Below, piece after piece: positions 7,516 to 15,576 of a stretch of DNA of 32,000 bases. Made by a program: the position numbers and the translations under genes. Source of the DNA: Demequinaceae bacterium. Lineage in GTDB: Bacteria > Actinomycetota > Actinomycetes > Actinomycetales > Demequinaceae. The notes beneath the pieces are model-generated. The model was not told the DNA's origin, searched no databases, and saw only the letters and a program-made list of their open reading frames with translations. The DNA is taken from positions 1,350,001-1,382,000 of the forward strand of contig OZ252279.1 in the NCBI GenBank assembly GCA_965250005.1, given 5' to 3'. The first letter of the stretch is position 1. Each line of letters begins with the position of its first letter.

Positions 7516-9690
7516 ATGAAAGTAGGAATCACTGGGCGCCTAGCCCGAACTTCCGCGACAAAGCCCTGGGTCACCCTCGGCGCCTGGGCCGCCGTGCTCG
7601 TTGTCGCTCTCTACTTCGCTGGAAGCGTCGAGCAGTACGTCTCGATCGAAGAGAAGAACTACGTCACCACCGAGGCCGACGCTGGCTCTGCGTTGGACTC
7701 CGAGTACCGTCCCGTCGCCACCGGCGACGACTTCCGGGAGACCGTCATCATCTCGTCCACCGACTCGCGCTTTGGCGAGGCGAGCTTTGACGCAGTCGTG
7801 GCCGACGTGGTCGCCGCACTAAATTCCGTGGAGGGAGTCCAGACGGTCCAGTCGCCTGCAGCCGGCACTCCCATGGTTTCGGATTCCGGCTTCGCGGCTC
7901 TCGTCCCACTCACCACTGAGCAAGACGCGGAAGTCATCAAGGACGTGGTCGCGGCAGTCGCCGCCATCGACGCCCCCGACTTCACGCTGTTGCTCTCTGG
8001 CGAGGAGTCTTTCGCGATCGCGTTCGATGCGCTCGCGAGCGAGCAGTTGGCCAAGGGCGAGTCCTTCGGCCTCATTGCAGCCCTCATCATCCTCGTGGTC
8101 GTTTTTGGCGCCTTTGCAGCCGCAGCCCTACCGCTCGGTGTCGCACTCGTCTCGGTCCTGACCACGGTGGGCGCCATTTCACTACTCGGTCGCATCGAAG
8201 TTCTCTACGACGGCGCGCTCACGCTCGCCGCGATGCTCGGGCTTGCGCTCGGCATCGACTACTCGCTCCTGTCGGTCCAGCGGTTCCGCGAGGAGCTCGC
8301 GAAGGGCCACACCGTCATGGACGCCGTGACGATTGCGGGTAACACCGCCAACCGCGCGGTGCTGCTTTCGGGCGCCACCGTGGTCATTTCCATTGGCGGC
8401 ATGTTCCTCATCCCGACCAACACCACGTACGGCGTCGCCATCGGCGTCGCTCTGGTCGCGCTCGTGTCTGTCTGCTCCGCGCTCACACTGCTACCTGCGG
8501 TGCTGCGCCTGATGGGCCACCGCGTCAACAAGGGCAAGGTGCCTACGGCCCACCCCGGCCAGCAGTCGGTGGGGTGGACGCGCATCGCGCGGGCGGTCAT
8601 CGCCAAGCCGGCGGTCTCGGTTGCGATCGGCGTCGGAATCCTCCTGACGCTAGCTGCACCCATCGCCTCGATGCGGGTCGCCAACTCGGGGCCCGACTCA
8701 CTTCCCCAGGACTTCGTCGTTCGCCAGGCGAACACGCTCCTGGTGGAGGAATTCGGGTTCGGTGACTCGGCGACTTTCGTGGCCATCACTGGCGCCGACG
8801 GTGCAACTGCCGAGGTCGAGGCGCTTGCCGCCGCGATCGAGGCAGACGAGGCATACGCTGGCACTACGGTCGACATTCGTGGTTCGGTCGCCTTCATCGA
8901 CACGCACGATCTGTTCGAATCGGACGACAGCCGTTCCAACGAAGCCGTCGAGCGTCTTCGGGCCGAACTGATCCCGGCCGCGCTTGCGGGCACGGATGCG
9001 GTCGCGTACGTCTCCGGCGATCACCCATCCGTCGTCGACGAGATCGAGCTCTTCACGAGCAACGGCTGGAAGGTGTTCGCGGCTGTGCTCGGCGCCAGCT
9101 TCATCCTGCTGACGGTGATGTTCCGGTCCATCGTGATCCCCCTCAAGGCGATCGTGCTGAACCTGCTGGGAGTAGGCGCCGCGTTCGGCGCCCTCGTGGC
9201 GGCGTACCAATACGGCTGGGGCGAGGCCATCGGCCTCCCCGCGGCCGAGGGCATCTCGCCCTACATGCCGGTGTTCATTTTCGCGCTCGTGTTCGGGCTG
9301 TCGATGGACTACCACGTTTTCCTGCTCAGCCGCATCAAGGAGCGCTACGACGAGACTCGCGACAACGAGCGCGCGATCATCGAGGGTGTAGCACGGACGG
9401 GTCCGCTCATTACGGGCGCGGCGATCATCATGGTCGCGGTGTTCGGCGGGTTCGCTGGTGCGGATATCCCCGAGATGTCGCAGTGGGGCTTCGGTCTGGG
9501 CTTCGCCGTCCTGATCGACGCGACCATCATCCGCGTGCTGCTGGTCCCCGCCGCTATGGCGTGGCTTGGCAAGGCCAACTGGTACTTGCCCTCGTGGCTC
9601 CAGTGGCTGCCGCAAGTGCCCATCGAACCGGCCGCTCCTCCGGCACAGGTGGCATCAGAGGAGGAGGAGCGCGAGCCGGCACTCGTGTAA
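7516..9690 (+). CDS. MMPL/RND family transporter
   Basis: Two hydrophobic blocks each after a large extracytoplasmic loop, GLALGIDYSLLSVQRFREE and FGLSMDYHVFLLSRIKERYDE, MMPL signatures. ATG at 7516 preceded by AAGGAG; supplied ORF begins further upstream. Confidence 0.94.
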   Translation: MKVGITGRLARTSATKPWVTLGAWAAVLVVALYFAGSVEQYVSIEEKNYVTTEADAGSALDSEYRPVATGDDFRETVIISSTDSRFGEASFDAVVADVVAALNSVEGVQTVQSPAAGTPMVSDSGFAALVPLTTEQDAEVIKDVVAAVAAIDAPDFTLLLSGEESFAIAFDALASEQLAKGESFGLIAALIILVVVFGAFAAAALPLGVALVSVLTTVGAISLLGRIEVLYDGALTLAAMLGLALGIDYSLLSVQRFREELAKGHTVMDAVTIAGNTANRAVLLSGATVVISIGGMFLIPTNTTYGVAIGVALVALVSVCSALTLLPAVLRLMGHRVNKGKVPTAHPGQQSVGWTRIARAVIAKPAVSVAIGVGILLTLAAPIASMRVANSGPDSLPQDFVVRQANTLLVEEFGFGDSATFVAITGADGATAEVEALAAAIEADEAYAGTTVDIRGSVAFIDTHDLFESDDSRSNEAVERLRAELIPAALAGTDAVAYVSGDHPSVVDEIELFTSNGWKVFAAVLGASFILLTVMFRSIVIPLKAIVLNLLGVGAAFGALVAAYQYGWGEAIGLPAAEGISPYMPVFIFALVFGLSMDYHVFLLSRIKERYDETRDNERAIIEGVARTGPLITGAAIIMVAVFGGFAGADIPEMSQWGFGLGFAVLIDATIIRVLLVPAAMAWLGKANWYLPSWLQWLPQVPIEPAAPPAQVASEEEEREPALV

Positions 9691-9705
9691 CTCCGACTCA
9701 CTGGC

Positions 9706-9733
9706 GGCCCGTCCCCCTTGGGGGGGCGGGCCG
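9706..9733 (+). terminator. Probable intrinsic terminator-like hairpin after MMPL gene
   Basis: GGCCCGTCCCCC ... GGGGGGGCGGGCC strong GC stem shortly after stop codon; followed by only a short T run. Confidence 0.6.
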
Positions 9734-9887
9734 TTTGCCTACCGGGGTGCTACTGCGCGAGCATTGACCTACCAATTGCGCAGTCCCGTCGGTGACAATC
9801 AGACACGAATACGACCGGTCATTGGATGTCCAGGTTTTGCTCGTGGGCAGGAGAAACTGCAAGTACGCGTGGGGATTGGCCGGACGA

Positions 9888-10700
9888 CTAACCGTGAGTC
9901 CCGCACGCATCGAATAGCTCCTGCAGCGCGTCCCGCACGACTGCTCCGGGCTGGAATTCCACGTACTCGAGTTGGGCCCCATCAACCGAGACCCAGGCGG
10001 GAAAAACGAACGTCTTCTTGCTCTCCGCAAACGCATGCGGGTCGCACCGTGACGCCACGATCGTGACCGGAATCTCCAGGGAACGGGCGTCAGATTCCAA
10101 CTCCACAGGCAACGCTCCAGCGTCTGGCACCAACGTGAAAATGATGTTTCCCCGCACCTCGACAACCGTGACCGGCGCGGCACTTGATCCCCGCGTGAAC
10201 ACGATGGTGGTCCGAACCTCCGTCGCGGAAGCAGTCAGCGCGTCCCCGAACGTTGGCTCAGCCACATCGGTCACGGCCTGCCTCGCACATTCTGTCGCAT
10301 TGATCTTCGCGAGTACATCGACCGCGAGCGCGACTCGCGACTCGGTCAAGACACCGTCGACGTCAACCTCTATATCGACGACGGTAACTCCCGAACCCGG
10401 CGGGCACACAGCATCCCCCAGCGGCACCCGCACTCGCGCTATGTGGCCGGCGAAGACGCGAACGTTTTGCTCGGCGGCATCGGTTGCCGCGAAGTACGGA
10501 GACGACAGCGTGGCGGATGTGATCACGGCATCGGCGTCAGCGTCGGCGGTGAATTGTAGCTCCACTTGGCGCTCCGCCTGAAGTGTCCGTGGATACGCCA
10601 CCCCGCCCGTCGCGTCGAGCGAGAAGTCAGCCGCCGTCCCGCTCGCGCACGCCGCGACCGCCGACGCGGCGGCGAGCACCACCGCCCCTAGAACTCTCAT
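9888..10700 (-). CDS. Putative lipoprotein, unknown function
   Basis: 270 aa, MRVLGAVVLAAASAVAACASG signal peptide with VAAC lipobox; no recognised domain. Confidence 0.7.
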   Translation of the reverse strand: MRVLGAVVLAAASAVAACASGTAADFSLDATGGVAYPRTLQAERQVELQFTADADADAVITSATLSSPYFAATDAAEQNVRVFAGHIARVRVPLGDAVCPPGSGVTVVDIEVDVDGVLTESRVALAVDVLAKINATECARQAVTDVAEPTFGDALTASATEVRTTIVFTRGSSAAPVTVVEVRGNIIFTLVPDAGALPVELESDARSLEIPVTIVASRCDPHAFAESKKTFVFPAWVSVDGAQLEYVEFQPGAVVRDALQELFDACGTHG

Positions 10701-10801
10701 CTACCGATTCTTGCATCGCAGTCCTCAGCGCACTGCCGCCAAAGTGCGCGTACGCACGCGGGCCTGCGCGTAGATAGCGCACCCTGGGCCAGAATGGGGC
10801 C

Positions 10802-11728
10802 ATGAGAGACATCGTTGTGATCGAGAACGAGCACTGGCGCATTGGGCTGGTGCCGGGGACGGGCGGCGCAGTTGCCTTCGGCCAGGCGCGCGCAAACGAT
10901 ACCTGGGTCGACGTACTCCGCCCAACGCCAAACGACAAACTTCACCTCCCGAGCAAGACCGCCTCCTTCCCGCTGGTGCCATGGTCGAGCAGGATCCGAC
11001 ACGGCTCACTCCTGTGGGACGGCGAGGCGTACGCCCTGCGTAAGCGCATGGGCGAGGACTTCTCCATACACGGGACAGCGGTGGAATTCGACTGGGAAGT
11101 TGTCGAACGAGAGGCCCATCGCGTCGTTCTTCGGTTCGATGCGCGCGGGTACTACGGCGTCAACTGGCCGTGGGACTTTGTCGCACGGTTCGAATATGCC
11201 CTCGACGGAGCCGCTTTCCTGTGGCGAATGTCGATTGAAAACGTCGACGACGCGACGTTCCCTGCCGGAATTGGCCACCACCCATACTTTGTGCGCGCGC
11301 TCACCGATCAAGCCGGCGGAGCCTTGGGTAGCGAGGCACACTTGCAAATCAATTGTGAAAAGGGATACGAACTAGAGAACGGTATGGCGTTCGATGCGGC
11401 TGGCCCGCTGCCCGCACACGCGGACTTCCGCGAAATGCGGGAACTCGGCTCGACCCACGTTGACGACTGCCTCACTCGCCGCACGAGCCCCCTCGCTGCG
11501 AGCATCGAGTACCCCGGCGTGCTTGCCGTTGACATGAAGGCGGACGACCTCCTCAGTCACGTGGTGGTCTACCTGCCCAAGGGCCAGGAGTATTTCGCGG
11601 TCGAGCCTGTCAGCAACGCCGCCGACGGCTTCACGCTCCACGCCAAGGGAGTTCCGGACGTCGGCGTCTTCACCGTGGACCCAGGAGCAACAACCACCGC
11701 GGAATTCACGCTGACGCTGCGCGACTAG
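10802..11728 (+). CDS. Aldose 1-epimerase family protein
   Basis: 308 aa; IENEHWRIGLVPGTGGAVAFGQ, FPLVPWSSRIRHGSLLWDG, FPAGIGHHPYF motifs of galactose mutarotase-like fold. Confidence 0.87.
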   Translation: MRDIVVIENEHWRIGLVPGTGGAVAFGQARANDTWVDVLRPTPNDKLHLPSKTASFPLVPWSSRIRHGSLLWDGEAYALRKRMGEDFSIHGTAVEFDWEVVEREAHRVVLRFDARGYYGVNWPWDFVARFEYALDGAAFLWRMSIENVDDATFPAGIGHHPYFVRALTDQAGGALGSEAHLQINCEKGYELENGMAFDAAGPLPAHADFREMRELGSTHVDDCLTRRTSPLAASIEYPGVLAVDMKADDLLSHVVVYLPKGQEYFAVEPVSNAADGFTLHAKGVPDVGVFTVDPGATTTAEFTLTLRD

Positions 11729-12756
11729 CGACCCGAACCTTGCACTGAGCCCGTCTCGTCAGACCCGTGAGTCACGATGCACATGACCCATGTGTCACCG
11801 GATGCCCAGGCTGACTGCGGGGGGAAGTAGGAGTCCATCCATAGGTCTGACGACCAGTAGTCGGTGTTGACGTAACCGCGGAACTGCTCTTCGCATCGCG
11901 TGAATAGTGCCGCCGCGGCGCTCGTGTCACCAGGATACGCCAAGCCAGGTGCGCGATCCATAAGGATGACTTCTGAGCCGTGCCCCTCGGAACACGACAC
12001 CACCTGGAACTGCCATGGGTTGTTGTCGGTGCCAAGTACCTGTCTCGTCACCAACGGGTCGACCATGCAGTCGCCTGCGTTCACCTGCGCAGCCGAGACG
12101 GAATCAAAGCTCGCCGCATTGGCCGGCACCTCAAGTATCTCCTCGTCGAAGAAACTGAATAGCGTAGCCAAGAACGTCGCAACCAGAACGGCGAACCCAA
12201 TGCTTCCAGCCAGGATGACGTATCCCGTCGACAGACCAGCGACCGCCTGTCCGCGACCCGCCGCCCCCCGGTTCGCCGCTCGGAGCCCTGCATGGCCAGT
12301 CAGTATCGCCGAAATCGACGCGATGATCGCGCCGATAAGCGTGGCAATGGTGAAGAAGCCAAGAACCGCGAGGCCGAAGAGAATTGCCGCGAAAACTCCC
12401 ATGTACAGAGCGCGGTCAGCTGTGAGGTTGGAGGTTGGCTTCCCGCTTGGCATCCAACTTTGCGTCGAAACCCCGCCTGGCGCGACACCGGGTCTGCCGA
12501 CGAACTGCCCCGGTGGCGCTTCTAGGGGATCGGCTGCGCCAAATTGCCCCTGCGGTGTCGCTGCTCCGAACTGGCTCGACTGCACTTGCGCGACGGGAGC
12601 GCCGATTGGCGGACCCTGCTCGCCAAACTGGCCAGCTTCCGTCGGCGCAGGTGGGGGAACATATTCCTCAAATAGCTGCTCCGGCGGAGGCGGAGGCGAA
12701 TCCTTAAGCGGATCAATCTCGCCGGGCTCAAAGTTAACTTGAGGTGGATTGGGCAT
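11725..12756 (-). CDS. DUF4190 / septum-formation-like domain membrane protein
   Basis: Pro/Gly/Gln-rich N-terminus, DUF4190-like hydrophobic region (GLRAANRGAAGRGQAVAGLSTGYV), C-terminal GDCMVDP...VVSCSEGHGSEVI...MCIVTH. Confidence 0.8.
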   Translation of the reverse strand: MPNPPQVNFEPGEIDPLKDSPPPPPEQLFEEYVPPPAPTEAGQFGEQGPPIGAPVAQVQSSQFGAATPQGQFGAADPLEAPPGQFVGRPGVAPGGVSTQSWMPSGKPTSNLTADRALYMGVFAAILFGLAVLGFFTIATLIGAIIASISAILTGHAGLRAANRGAAGRGQAVAGLSTGYVILAGSIGFAVLVATFLATLFSFFDEEILEVPANAASFDSVSAAQVNAGDCMVDPLVTRQVLGTDNNPWQFQVVSCSEGHGSEVILMDRAPGLAYPGDTSAAAALFTRCEEQFRGYVNTDYWSSDLWMDSYFPPQSAWASGDTWVMCIVTHGSDETGSVQGSGR

Positions 12757-12780
12757 CGTCTCTCCTTCGAGGGCAGGCCG

Positions 12781-13008
12781 CTAGCCTGCCCGGCCTTCTA
12801 GCGTCCAGGCCACGCACTCGAGGAAGTCGTCTACCTCCGCGGCGCTGAACCCACCCCGCTTACCGGAGTGAACGAACTCGTGCTGCCTCACGTCCCACGC
12901 CGTCACCGGCGCTACGTATCCCGCCATGGCGGCCGCAACCGTGTCCAAGAACTCATCCACTTCATCGGGGTCGTACCCCTTGCCAAGTTTGTGTGCCTTG
13001 AACGACAT
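12781..13008 (-). CDS. Short DivIVA-domain protein
   Basis: 75 aa: FKAHKLGKGYDPDEVDEFLDTVAAAM and GFSAAEVDDFLECVAWTLE, two DivIVA-type [KR]-G-Y-x-x-x-E-V-D-x-F-L repeats. ATG at 13008 chosen over ORF start at 13098. Confidence 0.78.
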   Translation of the reverse strand: MSFKAHKLGKGYDPDEVDEFLDTVAAAMAGYVAPVTAWDVRQHEFVHSGKRGGFSAAEVDDFLECVAWTLEGRAG

Positions 13009-13158
13009 CGCAAGAACGTCGTCGGGGCCGAGGGGACCGTGCACTGAGCAATCGTCGTGCGGACGAATACGGCTGACACCAAACAGTGCGATCACCACCT
13101 CTCCCTATGGTCCTACTATGCTTTGGCATACAGCGGCGCCCGTCAAGGTGCGCCACTC

Positions 13159-13229
13159 GCGGGTGTAGTTCAATGGTAGAACTTCAGCTTCCCAAGCTGA
13201 TAGCGCGGGTTCGATTCCCGTCACCCGCT
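13159..13229 (+). tRNA. tRNA-Gly (anticodon CCC)
   Basis: GCGGGTG acceptor arm pairs with CACCCGC. TCAGC-TTCCCAA-GCTGA anticodon arm places CCC at 13191-13193. T arm is CGGGTTCGATTCCCG. Confidence 0.95.
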
Positions 13230-13258
13230 CCGGTGATGGCACGTCCGTGGCTACGGTC

Positions 13259-14145
13259 CTAGAACCCTGAGTCGCGGAACGAACGGTTTGACTCCTCGTC
13301 CTCCTCGACCAACAGGCACACGAACTGGTGATTCCCGCCGTACCACCAAAAGTCCGCGAGGTAGAGCGCATCGAAGTAGAGAGCCGAGTCTTGCCATTGC
13401 GCGCCCACATATGCCTCGAAGGGCGCGCCGATACAGATGCTCTCAAGGTGGTAATTGTACGTCGCGTCGTTCGGCGCGTCCTCACCTGAGATAGCCGTCA
13501 CGACAAAGACCTCACCTTAGTGCGATCCCGTGCACGGAACAATCTCGACCCCATCGAGCACAACTATCTCGTCGAGGTCGATGCTCGGCGGGTAGAAGTC
13601 AAGAACGCAGTCTCCGACCGTCAATCCATACCAAGCTTCGGAAGACTCCAGACTTGAGTCAAGCACTCTCGATGTATCAACTTCTTCGCTGGCCGGGTTC
13701 AGGTCGTCCAGTTCCGGCGATGCGTCTTCAATACCCTCAGCGATGGGTTGAAGCCCCGAGCCCTGGTTACCGTGGTCGGTTTGCCCCAGCGTCCAGCCAC
13801 CAAGGATCACACCGAAAATATCAAGAGGACGACCGCCCCGACGGGAGCATAGTTGATCACAAGCGCCGTAATCCCTAGTCCTTTGTTGGTGGCCTCGCCG
13901 TCGTTGGCGGCATTGATCGCGCCATGACCGAGGAAGATCCCAATGATCCCGCCGCCAATGAGCCAGATGACAAGCGAAACGATCACCATCCAGTTTTTGG
14001 CCGTCGACGGAACTCCTGATCCGGAGTAGCCGGGGCCCGGGGGTTCCGGGGGCGGGGCGAACGTGGGCGTGACAGTTGGCCCCGTTGGAGTAGGCGCTGG
14101 GGGGCGAACGGTGCGTGCGCGTCGGGATCGACAGGTAGCGCGCAT
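13259..14145 (-). pseudogene. Degenerate DUF4190 / septum-formation-like gene
   Basis: N-terminal part 14145-13807 frame (KNWMVIVSLVIWLIGGGIIGIFLGHGAINAANDGEATNKGLGITALVINYAPVG) stops at 13807. The C-terminal part continues in another frame (VGDCVLDFYPP...VEIVPCTGSH), stops at TAA 13519-13517, then resumes in the same frame (GEVFVVTAISGED...FVCLLVE). Confidence 0.72.
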
Positions 14146-14390
14146 GCGCCTGGCAACTTCCGTTCTTTGGCGGTTTGCGGCCGAAAACTGTCCCCATCTG
14201 GACCCAGTGGCGGCAACGACAAATGTTTCTCCTGACTTCCGACGCTCTGATGCTATCTATTCCGAGGGCCAGCCACAGCCTGTGGCGAGGTCTCTAAACC
14301 CAAGGCGGGCGTCCGTGCGTGTCGCACCAAAGTGCGGTGCGCATGCCGCCGTACCGTGGTTGCATCTCCTCAGATAGCGTGCGGAGCCCA

Positions 14391-14428
14391 GCGAAGGCCC
14401 CTCGGAGTAAGCGTCCGAGGGGCCTTCG
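14391..14428 (-). terminator. GC-rich hairpin downstream of DUF4190-type gene
   Basis: CGAAGGCCCCTCGGA-GTAAGCG-TCCGAGGGGCCTTCG, 15-bp perfect stem with 7-nt loop. Confidence 0.75.
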
Positions 14429-14443
14429 TGGTTTTCGTGCAAC

Positions 14444-14995
14444 CTATCGCGAGCAGTTGACCGTGTCGGTCAGGCCCGACGCCGCACCATACGAGACCAC
14501 ACCTGTGGTTCCGCCGTCAAAATGGATGGTCACACACCAATCGCTTGCGGTTCGGATGTTGGAGTCGACCTGCGGGTTCGCAATGCTTACGTTCCAAGTG
14601 GCATAGCCACCGCTAGCAGTTCCAACCGAGTACTGGCCGTCCGAATGGAAGAACTCCGGAGGTTCGACGCCGTCGACCCACCAAGTCGCGACCTCCTTGC
14701 CCGCCGTGGCAATATCAGCACGCGCCGCAGCTTGGTCAGCCCTGTCACTTTGCACAAGGAGCGCAGGAAATATGACGCCGAAAAGCAATCCGAAGCCGGC
14801 TACGAGGCCAAAATACCCGAGGATTACGCCAGCGAGCGACAGCCCGCGGTTGTTCGCTTCGCCGCGCTTGTGGGCGTTCAGGCCCAGGTGACCAAAAATG
14901 ATGCCGCCCAACGAGACTCCTAGCACGCCCGCAATGAGCGCGGCCATGCCGATCCAATTCTTTGCCTCTGGATTGGCCGCAACCGGTGCTGTCAT
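14444..14995 (-). CDS. DUF4190 domain-containing membrane protein
   Basis: 183 aa; AKNWIGMAALIAGVLGVSLGGIIFGHLGLNAHKRGEANNRGLSLAGVILGYFGLV is typical DUF4190. Confidence 0.87.
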   Translation of the reverse strand: MTAPVAANPEAKNWIGMAALIAGVLGVSLGGIIFGHLGLNAHKRGEANNRGLSLAGVILGYFGLVAGFGLLFGVIFPALLVQSDRADQAAARADIATAGKEVATWWVDGVEPPEFFHSDGQYSVGTASGGYATWNVSIANPQVDSNIRTASDWCVTIHFDGGTTGVVSYGAASGLTDTVNCSR

Positions 14996-15100
14996 GTTTC
15001 CCCCTACGTCCTTATCAAATGTGTGTGACGAACCTAGCGGTTGCGGGGCAACGCCGCGCACCAAAGCAACTTCGCGCCAGTCGCAAATGTCCCAGGCACG

Positions 15101-15136
15101 GCGAAGGCCCCTCGGAGTAAGCGTCCGAGGGGCCTT
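15101..15136. repeat. Second copy of the 36-nt hairpin repeat
   Basis: gcgaaggcccctcggagtaagcgtccgaggggcctt identical to 14391-14426. Confidence 0.85.
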
Positions 15137-15445
15137 GCCATGACCGCGAGTTCTCGTTCCGCCGGCAAGCCGACGACCCAACTGCCGCGATTGACGATGC
15201 GGCCTCACGCCTTGCGACGTGACCTCTTGGTCCACCACCCGGGCCCGTCAGACCCTGTGCCGTCACCCACAGTTTTCAGCTTCCCCCCGAGGGGTTCTGC
15301 CTCAACGTGGACTGCCGTTGTCCGGATGGTCCGAGACTCGTCCTCACCAGACATCCCGGTCGCCCGGTCAATCCTTTGCGGCAATTCGTCGTCTCGATAC
15401 CTCTAGGTCTAGTCCTCTCTGATTCGGGGCGCAAGCCGAAATCGA

Positions 15446-15538
15446 CACAAATTTTGTCCACCGGTCTGTCCACCGGTCTATCCACCGGAATCCCCTCATA
15501 GCGCGGAGTTTTGCACACAGGTGTGGACGAAATTTGTG
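15446..15538. repeat. Inverted repeat enclosing 12-bp tandem repeats
   Basis: CACAAATTTTGTCCAC (15446-15461) versus reverse complement CACAAATTTCGTCCAC (15523-15538). Tandem tgtccaccggtc / tgtccaccggtc / tatccaccggaa at 15455-15490. Confidence 0.75.
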
Positions 15539-15576
15539 GATAGACGCATCGAGAAGTCCGGTCCCCGGGATGCCGT

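Noticed and set aside
13159-13229. tRNA-Gly as an integration site for a genomic island
   Set aside because: No integrase, no transposase and no duplicated tRNA 3' end detected on either side within the window.
13259-13501. Stand-alone 80-aa hypothetical gene
   Set aside because: It is in frame with the upstream ORF after the TAA at 13519-13517 and supplies the missing C-terminal half of the same domain, so it is better treated as part of the pseudogene.
15455-15490. CRISPR-like array
   Set aside because: The units are contiguous 12-mers with no spacers, and no cas-like genes are present.
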